Source of the DNA: Candidatus Nomurabacteria bacterium
GTDB taxonomy: Bacteria > Patescibacteriota > Minisyncoccia > Phycocordibacterales > UBA9973
Direction of reading: 5' to 3'
Length of the DNA stretch: 36,211 nucleotides
Assembly: GCA_943354205.1 (NCBI GenBank)
Contig: CALRBJ010000004.1
Coordinates: 1-36,211, forward strand
This document shows, piece by piece, positions 22,642 to 30,640 of the stretch (positions are counted from its first letter, which is position 1; the number at the start of each line of letters is the position of its first letter). Position numbers and translations under genes: made by a program. The notes beneath the pieces were generated by a model. It was not told the DNA's origin. It made no database searches and worked only from the letters and a program-made list of their open reading frames with translations.

Positions 22642-24099
22642 ATGGAAAAGAAATATTACTCCACCATAGGTCTAGAAGTTCACGCCGAATTGGCGACACT
22701 GACAAAGATGTTTTGCCAGTGCAAAAATGACCCCGATGAAGAGCGGCCGAATTTTAATATTTGCCCGGTGTGCATGGCGCACCCGGGAGCTTTGCCGGTC
22801 ATAAATAAAAAGGCGGTAGAAAATGTAGTGCGCATTGGTCTGGCTGTGAGCGGAACCATTGCCGACTTTACCGAGTTTGACCGCAAAAATTATTTTTATC
22901 CAGATATTCCAAAAGGCTACCAAATTTCACAATATAAATTTCCAATAGTTTCCGCTGGCGAGCTCGCGGGGATGAAACTCACTCGCATACATTTGGAGGA
23001 AGACACAGCAAACAGTAAACACCCGTCTCGAGATTCGAGCCGGGCAAGTGATCGTGGAGACTACTCACTCGTGGACTTCAACCGCGCCGGAGTCCCGCTC
23101 TCCGAACTCGTGACTGAAGCGCATACATTTGAAACTATCGATGAAGCTGCTAAAACTGGCGGAGCATTTGGAAAAGAATACCAATTACTTTTGCAATACT
23201 TGGGCGCGTCAGAAGCCAATATGGAAAAGGGTGAAATGCGCGTGGAAGCCAACATTTCTATTTCTACCGATAAAGAAAAATTTGGCACAAAAGTAGAAGT
23301 AAAAAATTTAAACTCTTTTAGAAGTGTAGAGCGCGCTATACGCTACGAATTGGAACGCATGAAAGCTCTCTACGAAGAGGGCAAAGAAGGCGAAATAATA
23401 CAAGAAACTCGTGGGTGGGATGAAGGGAACCAAAAAACCTTCAGCCAGCGGAAAAAGGAAGATAGCCACGACTATCGCTATTTCCCAGACCCCGACTTGC
23501 CAAAGCTGATGCTCTCAGAAGTTTTTGATTTAGAAAAAATGAAGTCTGAACTACCAGAACTTCCAGCGCAGAAAAGAATGCGTTATAAAAATGAGTACGG
23601 AATTAAAGATGAGGATATCGAAACATATATAAACGACCACGAGCTCGGCTCTTGGTTTGAAGAAATCGCAAAGATTTTAAATAATCCGGAGAAAATTAAG
23701 ACTGCGTCCAATTACATAACGACTGATTATCTTGGTCTCAAAAAGAATATGTTGGAGGCTCAACCTCCAACAGCACAGAACTTTGCCGAGCTTATGAATC
23801 TTGTCTCTGAATCAAAGATTTCTTCTCGTGGAGCAAAAGATATATTGGCGATGATAGTAGTAAAAGACGAATCTCCAGAAAAAATCGCGCAAGAACAAGG
23901 GCTCCTACAATCAAACGACGAAAGCGCGCTCAAAGAAATCGCTCAAAAAATAATCGATGCGAATGAAAAAGTGGTGGCCGACTACAAAGGTGGTAAAGAA
24001 AACGCCCTCATGTCCCTCGTAGGGACTATGATGAAAGAAACCAAAGGCTCCGCAAATCCTGCGCTTGCTAAGCAAATTTTAATAGATTTGTTAAAATAG
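22642..24099 (+). CDS. gatB: Asp/Glu-tRNA amidotransferase subunit B
   Basis: IGLEVHAEL, CPVCMAHPGALPV, RIHLEEDTA, VDFNRAGVPL, RVEANISI and a YqeY-like C-terminus. No gatA or gatC adjacent. Confidence 0.95.
   Translation: MEKKYYSTIGLEVHAELATLTKMFCQCKNDPDEERPNFNICPVCMAHPGALPVINKKAVENVVRIGLAVSGTIADFTEFDRKNYFYPDIPKGYQISQYKFPIVSAGELAGMKLTRIHLEEDTANSKHPSRDSSRASDRGDYSLVDFNRAGVPLSELVTEAHTFETIDEAAKTGGAFGKEYQLLLQYLGASEANMEKGEMRVEANISISTDKEKFGTKVEVKNLNSFRSVERAIRYELERMKALYEEGKEGEIIQETRGWDEGNQKTFSQRKKEDSHDYRYFPDPDLPKLMLSEVFDLEKMKSELPELPAQKRMRYKNEYGIKDEDIETYINDHELGSWFEEIAKILNNPEKIKTASNYITTDYLGLKKNMLEAQPPTAQNFAELMNLVSESKISSRGAKDILAMIVVKDESPEKIAQEQGLLQSNDESALKEIAQKIIDANEKVVADYKGGKENALMSLVGTMMKETKGSANPALAKQILIDLLK
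23022..23044. repeat. GC-rich hairpin inside gatB (cccg-t-ctcga gat tcgag-c-cggg)
   Basis: 9 paired positions with one mismatch. It lies in the extra PSRDSSRASDR stretch between HLEEDTANSKH and YSLVDFNRAG. Confidence 0.6.
24089..24097 (+). promoter_or_regulatory. Extended -10 TGTTAAAAT embedded in the last gatB codons, 6 nt before the gap ATG at 24104
   Basis: tgttaaaat-agaagt-ATG. Confidence 0.55.
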
Positions 24100-24103
24100 A
24101 AGT

Positions 24104-25144
24104 ATGGAAAATAAAAAAATCAGAGTTGCGATAAATGGGTTTGGGAGGATAGGCCGAGCTTTTGTAAAGTTGGCGACCGAGCGACCAGAACTGGAAGTGG
24201 TGGCTATAAACGACCTCGGTTCTATCGAGAGCCTTTCATACCTTTTGAAATACGATACCGTATATCGCAAATGGAATCATGAAGTATCGCATGATACGAC
24301 AAATATAATCATCGATGGAAAACCGATAAAGTTCCTTTCGGAAAAAGACACTAAAAATTTGCCGTGGAAATTTTTGAACGTGGATGTAGTGGTAGAATCT
24401 ACTGGCCTCTTCACTTCTTTTGAATCATCGCAATTCCATATAGACCAAGGCGCCAAGAAAGTAGTGATTACTGCGCCAGCAAAAGACAACGCCGGCGGAG
24501 CCCAAGCGCAGGGCGAGACTATTCTCCTTGGCGTAAATGAAGACAAATTTGGCACGTGTGCTATTACTTCAAATGCTTCTTGCACTACGAACGCTGCTTC
24601 GCCACTCATTGCAATATTGCACCAATCTCTAGGCATCGAAAAAGCAATTCTAAATACTGTGCATGGCTACACCGCATCGCAAGCGCTGGTAGATGGTCCA
24701 TCTAAAAAGGATTTGCGGGAAGGTCGCGCGGCGGCGCAAAACATCGTGCCTTCTTCTACCGGTGCTGCTATCGCGGTGACCAAAGCCTTCCCAGAACTCC
24801 TCAATCTTTTCGACGGCATTTCTATCCGCGTGCCAGTGCCCGCTGGTTCTATCGTCGATATTACATTTATTTCAAAACGCCCTACGACTGCAGAGGAAGT
24901 AAATGATATCTTAAAGACGGCAGCAAAAGATTCTCACTGGGCAAAGCTCTTTGCAGTGACCAACGAGCCCCTTGTTTCCTCTGATATTTTAGGTGAAAGC
25001 CATGCTTCTATTGCGGATTTGGCCATGACTCGCGTGGTTGGCGGAAATTTGGTAAAAGTGCTAGGCTGGTATGACAATGAAATGGGGTATACACACACGC
25101 TCCTTGACCATGTCATAAAAACAGGCGAAACTATTAAAAAATAA
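24104..25144 (+). CDS. gap: Type I glyceraldehyde-3-phosphate dehydrogenase
   Basis: INGFGRIGR, the active-site SNASCTTN, and WYDNEMGY. Confidence 0.95.
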   Translation: MENKKIRVAINGFGRIGRAFVKLATERPELEVVAINDLGSIESLSYLLKYDTVYRKWNHEVSHDTTNIIIDGKPIKFLSEKDTKNLPWKFLNVDVVVESTGLFTSFESSQFHIDQGAKKVVITAPAKDNAGGAQAQGETILLGVNEDKFGTCAITSNASCTTNAASPLIAILHQSLGIEKAILNTVHGYTASQALVDGPSKKDLREGRAAAQNIVPSSTGAAIAVTKAFPELLNLFDGISIRVPVPAGSIVDITFISKRPTTAEEVNDILKTAAKDSHWAKLFAVTNEPLVSSDILGESHASIADLAMTRVVGGNLVKVLGWYDNEMGYTHTLLDHVIKTGETIKK

Positions 25145-25158
25145 TTCTAAAAAATAAA

Positions 25159-25353
25159 ATGGATAATATAAAAATAGAAGAAATGGAAGTACTGCCTCTG
25201 ACTGTAGAAATGCTAGATGAACACATTGTAAATTTGGAGAATACTATGAACTCTCTTTCCAAATGCACAGATTCTGATTGCAAAAGCGATGCGAGAGATA
25301 TAGCAAGAATAATCGCTGGCTTGCGAGCAAGGAGGGATTCTCTACAGAATTAA
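25159..25353 (+). CDS. Hypothetical 64-aa protein
   Basis: ORF wedged between gap and rpiB. Its stop lies 1 nt before the rpiB ATG. No homology recognised. Confidence 0.4.
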   Translation: MDNIKIEEMEVLPLTVEMLDEHIVNLENTMNSLSKCTDSDCKSDARDIARIIAGLRARRDSLQN

Positions 25354-25354
25354 T

Positions 25355-25789
25355 ATGAAAATTTTTATCGGCTCGGACCATGCCGGATACGAACTCAAAG
25401 AAAAACTCAAAGTATTTTTGGGTTCTTTGGGTCACGTGGTCGAAGATAAGGGCGCATTTTCACTCAACCCAGCCGATGATTATCCTGATTTTATCACCCC
25501 AGTGGCCGAAGCAGTGGCTCGCGATAGCGAATCTATGGGCATAATTCTCGGCGGGAGTGGCGAGGGTGAAGCAATGGATGCTAACAGAATAGAAGGTGTT
25601 CGCGCATGTGAATTTTATGGCGGAGATATGGAGGTAGTAAAAGTTTGCCGAGAGCACAATGATGCCAATGTTTTGTCTCTAGGTGCACGTTTTATAGACG
25701 AGGAAGAAGCCAAAGAGGCTCTAAAATTATTTTTAGAGACAAAATTTTCTGGTGATGAACGACACGAGCGTAGGCTCAATAAATTTTAA
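25355..25789 (+). CDS. rpiB: Ribose-5-phosphate isomerase B
   Basis: MKIFIGSDHAGYELKE and GSGEGEAMDANR are typical of the RpiB/LacA family. Confidence 0.93.
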   Translation: MKIFIGSDHAGYELKEKLKVFLGSLGHVVEDKGAFSLNPADDYPDFITPVAEAVARDSESMGIILGGSGEGEAMDANRIEGVRACEFYGGDMEVVKVCREHNDANVLSLGARFIDEEEAKEALKLFLETKFSGDERHERRLNKF

Positions 25790-25798
25790 ATATTTTTT

Positions 25799-26494
25799 AT
25801 GATTGAAATTATTCCGGCAATAATGCCAAAAAGTTTTGAAGATTTGAAGGAAAAAGTTTCGCGGGTGCGCGGAGCAGTGCAAACCGTGCAGGTGGACATG
25901 TGCGATGGCGAGTTTGTGCAAAATAAAACGTGGCCATATTTCGATCGCGATTCTCAAAGCTTGGAAAATATTTTAAATGAAAGGGAAGGCATGCCATTTT
26001 GGGAAGAAGTCGACTACGAACTCGACATCATGGTGGCCGGCACGCACAAAAATTTTGATAATTTTCTTCGGCTTGGCCCCAAGCGTCTCGTATTTCACCT
26101 AGAAGCCGAGGGTGACAGAGATTTGTTTTTAGAATTTGTAGAATCTATCGATGTGTATGTGCGCGACACAGTTCAAATCGGTATCGCGATAAATACAACT
26201 ACTCCGGTGGAAGAAATTTTTCCATTTATAAATCATATCGACTTTGTGCAGTGTATGGGTATAGAACACATCGGCAAGCAGGGCGAGCCTCATGACGTCA
26301 AAGTAATTTCTCATATAAAAACTATTCATGACAAATATCCTGATGTCACTATTTCGGTAGACGGCGCGGTAAATTTCGATACTGCAGGAGCACTTTTAAA
26401 TGCCGGCGCCACGCGTTTGGTCATCGGCAGTGCGATACTCGAATCCACAGATATCCGCGAAACGATTTGGGAATTTCAAAACTTAGACAATTAG
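25799..26494 (+). CDS. Divergent ribulose-phosphate 3-epimerase-like TIM-barrel protein
   Basis: RPE-like blocks VDMCDGEFV, LDIMV, VFHLEA, IGIAINTTTP, ISVDGAVN, LVIGSAIL. Several canonical metal-binding His positions appear substituted, judged by eye alignment only. Confidence 0.75.
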   Translation: MIEIIPAIMPKSFEDLKEKVSRVRGAVQTVQVDMCDGEFVQNKTWPYFDRDSQSLENILNEREGMPFWEEVDYELDIMVAGTHKNFDNFLRLGPKRLVFHLEAEGDRDLFLEFVESIDVYVRDTVQIGIAINTTTPVEEIFPFINHIDFVQCMGIEHIGKQGEPHDVKVISHIKTIHDKYPDVTISVDGAVNFDTAGALLNAGATRLVIGSAILESTDIRETIWEFQNLDN

Positions 26495-26497
26495 AGT

Positions 26498-26503
26498 TAT
26501 AAT
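26498..26503 (+). promoter_or_regulatory. -10 TATAAT abutting the transketolase N-terminal gene
   Basis: ttataat followed by gtgtgggtg. The spacing favours GTG 26510 as a leaderless start over the track's GTG 26504. Confidence 0.45.
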
Positions 26504-27388
26504 GTGTGGGTGATTCTCACCGATGCTAAAATAAAATTTTTAGAAGAAAAAGCCAACGACATTCGCATGTCGATAATTGAAATGCTTTTGGAAGCAGGCT
26601 CTGGGCACACTGCCGGCCCGCTCGGCATGGCCGACATATTTGCACTTCTCTTTTTTCATACATTAAAACAAGATCCAAAAAATCCTAGCTCTCCAGAGCG
26701 CGATAGGCTAGTGCTTTCCAATGGACACATTTGCCCAGTCTACTATGCGACCATGGCGCATGCAGGATATTTTCCTATATCTGAATTAAAAACTTTAAGA
26801 AAATTCGGTTCGCGTTTGCAAGGTCACCCGCATCGAGAATTTATGCCGTGGCTCGAAACATCTTCCGGACCTTTAGGTTCTGGAATTTCCCAGGCAGTTG
26901 GTATGGCTATTGCCGAGCGTATCGATCGGGGCGTGGGCTCAAATAAATTTATTTATTGTTTAACCTCGGATGGTGAACACGACGAAGGCAACACTTGGGA
27001 AGCAATACTGCTCGGCGCCAAAGAAAAACTCCACAATCTAATTGTGATAGTAGATCGCAACAATATTCAAATAGATGGCTTTACCGAAGATGTGATGCCT
27101 CTAAATGATTTGGCCCAAAAATACGAAGCATTCAATTGGCACGTGCAAGAAGTCGACGGGCACAATTTTGAAGCCATGAATTCCGCAATATCAAAAGCCC
27201 AAGCAGTCTTTGAAAAGCCTTCGGTCATCATCGCTCGCACTATCCCTGGCAAAGGTGTGCCCGAATTTGAGCGCGATTTTCGCTGGCATGGATACGATCC
27301 AAATGGCGCGAAAGCAAAAGAAGATTACACGCATGCATTAAAAGAGCTCCGCACGCTCGGCGGAAAAATTAAAAGCGAACACCAATAA
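26504..27388 (+). CDS. tkt: Transketolase, N-terminal (TPP-binding) subunit
   Basis: GSGHTAGPLGMADI, SNGHICP, TSDGEHDEGNTWEA. The start may be GTG 26510. Confidence 0.92.
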   Translation: MWVILTDAKIKFLEEKANDIRMSIIEMLLEAGSGHTAGPLGMADIFALLFFHTLKQDPKNPSSPERDRLVLSNGHICPVYYATMAHAGYFPISELKTLRKFGSRLQGHPHREFMPWLETSSGPLGSGISQAVGMAIAERIDRGVGSNKFIYCLTSDGEHDEGNTWEAILLGAKEKLHNLIVIVDRNNIQIDGFTEDVMPLNDLAQKYEAFNWHVQEVDGHNFEAMNSAISKAQAVFEKPSVIIARTIPGKGVPEFERDFRWHGYDPNGAKAKEDYTHALKELRTLGGKIKSEHQ

Positions 27389-28380
27389 TGTTAAACCCGA
27401 AATTAAAATTAAATCCGAAAGTTTTTATGGACGATGTGGCGCAAGAGCCGATTCGCAAAGGTTTTGGCGTCGGCCTCGTGCAAGCGGGAGAAAAATATGA
27501 AAATATCGTGGCATTGTGCGCCGACCTTACCGAGAGTACGCAAATGCTTCCATTCAAAGAAAAGTTCCCGAATCGTTTTGTGGAAATCGGCGTGGCCGAG
27601 CAAAACTTGGTGACAGTTGCTTCTGGCATGGCGGCCATGGGCAAGCGCCCATTCTGCTCTTCATATGCTATGTTTTCACCTGGCCGAAATTGGGAGCAAA
27701 TTCGCACCACGATTACCTACAATGATCGACCGGTGGTGATCGTCGGCTCTCATGCTGGTGTATCTGTGGGCCCAGATGGTGGCACGCACCAGGCGATAGA
27801 AGACATCGCTCTCATGCGTGTATTGCCAAATATGATTGTGCTCTCGCCATGCGATTCTATCGAGGCCAAGAAAGCCACCATGGCGCTCGGTAGTATTGAA
27901 AAGCCTGCATATCTGCGTTTGGCTCGCGAAAAGACAGCGATAATTACCACTGAAGAAACTCCATTTCAAATAGGCAAAGCAGAAATATTCTTCGCGCCAG
28001 ATGGAGTAGCGCATGTGGGTATCATCGCCACTGGCGCGCTGGTGCGTACCGCCATGCTTGCCGCTCGCGATTTAGAAAAAGAGGGGATAAAAGTAAAAGT
28101 CATGAACCTCTCTACGATAAAACCGCTCGACACTGAAGCCGTAATAAATCTAGCCAAAGAAACTAAAAAAATAATTACCGTAGAAGAGCATCAGGTCATG
28201 GCGGGTATGGGCAGCGCGGTTGCCGAATGTTTAGCTCAAAATTATCCTGTGCCGATAGAATTTATCGGCATTCAAAACAAATATGGCCAGTCTGGTAAAC
28301 CAGAAGAATTGATCGAGCACTATGGTATGGGGCGAGAATCGATAAAAGAGGCGGTGCGAAAAATAATGAAGAGAAGCTAG
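27388..28380 (+). CDS. tkt: Transketolase, C-terminal (pyrimidine-binding) subunit
   Basis: FVEIGVAEQNLV and GPDGGTHQAIEDIALMR. The ATG overlaps the upstream TAA (TAATG). Confidence 0.92.
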   Translation: MLNPKLKLNPKVFMDDVAQEPIRKGFGVGLVQAGEKYENIVALCADLTESTQMLPFKEKFPNRFVEIGVAEQNLVTVASGMAAMGKRPFCSSYAMFSPGRNWEQIRTTITYNDRPVVIVGSHAGVSVGPDGGTHQAIEDIALMRVLPNMIVLSPCDSIEAKKATMALGSIEKPAYLRLAREKTAIITTEETPFQIGKAEIFFAPDGVAHVGIIATGALVRTAMLAARDLEKEGIKVKVMNLSTIKPLDTEAVINLAKETKKIITVEEHQVMAGMGSAVAECLAQNYPVPIEFIGIQNKYGQSGKPEELIEHYGMGRESIKEAVRKIMKRS

Positions 28381-28381
28381 T

Positions 28382-29383
28382 TTATATTTCTTTTAATTTA
28401 TAATCCGCTGGTGCGTTTTTTAAATATTCCAAAAGTTTGGCTTGTGTCAGAAGTCCTTCCTGAGCTCCTATATATGATACTACCGACATTGAGTTTATCG
28501 GCGCCCAAGCAAGTGCTTCCTTTAAACTTTTACCCATGGCTAAACAAGAAACAATAGTGGAAGCATAAGCATCGCCAGCCCCCGTGCGTTCTACTGGGGT
28601 ATGCGGGTATATCGGCATAAAATAGCAAGCGCCATCGGTATCGCGAGCGTAGGCACCATTTATTCCATCGGTCAGCACTACTATTTTAGGGCCTAGGTCG
28701 TGCATCATGCCCATTAAAATTTTTTTATCTTTTTCCTCGGTACCTAGAATTTTTTGCGCCTCTTCTATATTGCAAAAGAACACTTCAGATTGCGAATAAA
28801 TATCAGCCAATTTTTCTTTGCCGAGCGATATTTGAAATGTACCAGGCTGGAAAGCCATCTTTGTATTTGGGTTTTTCTTTAACCACTCTGCGATTTCATG
28901 ATGAAATGCTTCTGTATTGGATCCGAGTGAAGACAGGTAGAGCCATTTTGGGCCAGCCAAATTCGAAGGCATGTGTTTTTCAAATGGTGAGTGGTTTACT
29001 AGAATTGTACGCTCTACATCGTACCAAAGCACATAGTGATAGTTTGTCGGGAGTTTTTTATCGGTAGACACAAAATCTGTGGCCACATGGTCGTGCTTTA
29101 AAGACTCTAGACAAAGCTTGCCATTTTCATCATCGCCAATATTTGCAATCAGTGCCGAAGATAGCCCGAGCCTAGAAGCAGATACTGAAGCATTCGGACT
29201 GTTGCCGACAGCGTAGAGAACTTTATGGAATTCAAAAGGTACCTTGTCGCCGAAGCGCACGCAAAGTTTGCAATTTGCTTGGTCTATATCGCAATGTGTC
29301 TCGGCATCTTTCAATCTAATAAAGTCGTCGACTACCAAATCTCCAATGGCCACAAAATCGTAGTGTTTTTTTCCGAATAACAT
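28382..29383 (-). CDS. PfkB-family carbohydrate kinase
   Basis: N-terminal VAIGDLVVD and C-terminal TGAGDAYAS motifs. Confidence 0.88.
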   Translation of the reverse strand: MLFGKKHYDFVAIGDLVVDDFIRLKDAETHCDIDQANCKLCVRFGDKVPFEFHKVLYAVGNSPNASVSASRLGLSSALIANIGDDENGKLCLESLKHDHVATDFVSTDKKLPTNYHYVLWYDVERTILVNHSPFEKHMPSNLAGPKWLYLSSLGSNTEAFHHEIAEWLKKNPNTKMAFQPGTFQISLGKEKLADIYSQSEVFFCNIEEAQKILGTEEKDKKILMGMMHDLGPKIVVLTDGINGAYARDTDGACYFMPIYPHTPVERTGAGDAYASTIVSCLAMGKSLKEALAWAPINSMSVVSYIGAQEGLLTQAKLLEYLKNAPADYKLKEI

Positions 29384-29389
29384 GGCTGT

Positions 29390-29398
29390 ATTTTAACA
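29390..29398 (-). promoter_or_regulatory. Extended -10 (TGTTAAAAT on the minus strand), 6 nt before ATG 29383
   Basis: Minus strand reads tgttaaaat-acagcc-ATG. Confidence 0.6.
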
Positions 29399-29404
29399 AA
29401 CTTT

Positions 29405-29413
29405 TGCTATAAT
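29405..29413 (+). promoter_or_regulatory. Extended -10 TGCTATAAT, 6 nt before ATG 29420
   Basis: tgctataat-tgcgat-ATG. Confidence 0.65.
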
Positions 29414-29419
29414 TGCGAT

Positions 29420-30301
29420 ATGTCAAAATCACTACGAGAATATGTAGCGGAAGCGCGAGAAAAGGGTGTAGCCATCGGGCATTTTAATTTTGCGACGATT
29501 GAAGTTTTCCATGCGATTGTGGAAGCGGCGGGGGAGCTCGGCGTGCCGGTCATTCTCGGCACGGCCGAAGGCGAGGAGGGATTCGTCGGTACGAACGAAG
29601 CCGTGGCTTTGGTCAAAACCGCTCGCGAAGAAACGAATCAGCCGATATTTTTAAATGCCGATCATCATTACACTTTTGAAAATGTAAAAAAATCCATCGA
29701 TGCGGGCTACGACATGGTCATTTTTGATGGGGCAAAACTCTCGATAGAAGAAAATACTAAAATCACGAAGCAATGCGTAGACTACGCGAGAGTGATTTCG
29801 AAAAATACCGGACGAGATATTTTAGTGGAAGCGGAGCTCGGTTATATCGGCCAAGCATCGGGGATTTTGGATGCCATTCCTGAAGGTGTGGGGCTGACTG
29901 AAAATGAATTAACCAAGCCTGAAGAAGCCAAAAATTTTATCGATTCTACCGGCATAGATATGTTTGCGCCATCCGTCGGCAATGTGCACGGCATGCTCCG
30001 CTCGGTACCCGACCCAGCGCTCAATATTAATAGGATAAAAGAAATACACGATGCGGTCTCTATCCCACTCGTCCTCCACGGCGCTTCCGGCAATAGCGAT
30101 GAGGATATCAAGGCCGCAATTTCAGCCGGCATCAGTGTGGTACATGTGAACACCGAACTCCGCCGAGCCTGGATCGACGCCGAAAAAGCCCACATCGCCG
30201 CCCATCCCGACGACGTCGCCCCGTACAAACTCCTCGCCGAATCCAAAGAAGCAGTCAAATCCGTCGTCCTCCAAAAATTAAAAGTGTTTAATAATCTATA
30301 A
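29420..30301 (+). CDS. fba: Class II fructose-bisphosphate aldolase
   Basis: GHFNFATIE, LNADHH, ELGYIG, LVLHGASG, KVNTE-type VHVNTELR. Confidence 0.92.
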   Translation: MSKSLREYVAEAREKGVAIGHFNFATIEVFHAIVEAAGELGVPVILGTAEGEEGFVGTNEAVALVKTAREETNQPIFLNADHHYTFENVKKSIDAGYDMVIFDGAKLSIEENTKITKQCVDYARVISKNTGRDILVEAELGYIGQASGILDAIPEGVGLTENELTKPEEAKNFIDSTGIDMFAPSVGNVHGMLRSVPDPALNINRIKEIHDAVSIPLVLHGASGNSDEDIKAAISAGISVVHVNTELRRAWIDAEKAHIAAHPDDVAPYKLLAESKEAVKSVVLQKLKVFNNL

Positions 30302-30302
30302 C

Positions 30303-30620
30303 ATGAACTGGATATTTGGAATTTCTTTGCTTATTATTTTTGAACTCATCGCCGATGTGTTCTCGAAAGAATACGCGCTAAAAGGAAATTGGTTTTTGTG
30401 GTGCGGAGCGATCGCGGGATATATAATCGCAAATATTTTTTGGCTCTCGGCGATAAAGAATGGTTCTGGCCTCGCTCGTGGGGCGGTTATATTTTCGGTG
30501 GGTTCAGCGATTGTAGCAGTAGCTCTCGGACTTCTTCTTTACCATGAAAGAATGTCCACTCCACAAATCGCAGGAGTTGGGCTCGGTATAGTTTCTTTAA
30601 TATTGATATTCTGGGAGTAA
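30303..30620 (+). CDS. Small 4-TM membrane protein, SMR/DMT-like
   Basis: 105 aa with four hydrophobic helices and a conserved-looking E in TM1 (IFELIAD). The family call is tentative. Confidence 0.6.
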   Translation: MNWIFGISLLIIFELIADVFSKEYALKGNWFLWCGAIAGYIIANIFWLSAIKNGSGLARGAVIFSVGSAIVAVALGLLLYHERMSTPQIAGVGLGIVSLILIFWE

Positions 30621-30625
30621 ATTTT

Positions 30626-30634
30626 TGGTATAAT
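30626..30634 (+). promoter_or_regulatory. Extended -10 TGGTATAAT, 6 nt before ATG 30641
   Basis: tggtataat-caccaa-ATG. Confidence 0.65.
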
Positions 30635-30640
30635 CACCAA

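Noticed and set aside
24489-24516. GC-rich patch (cgccggcg palindrome, gccc/gggc) encoding NAGGAQAQG in a GAPDH loop, as another coding palindromic insert
   Set aside because: The stems are only 4 bp, there is no CGGAC core, and the loop length difference from other GAPDHs is judged only by memory. The evidence is too weak to count.
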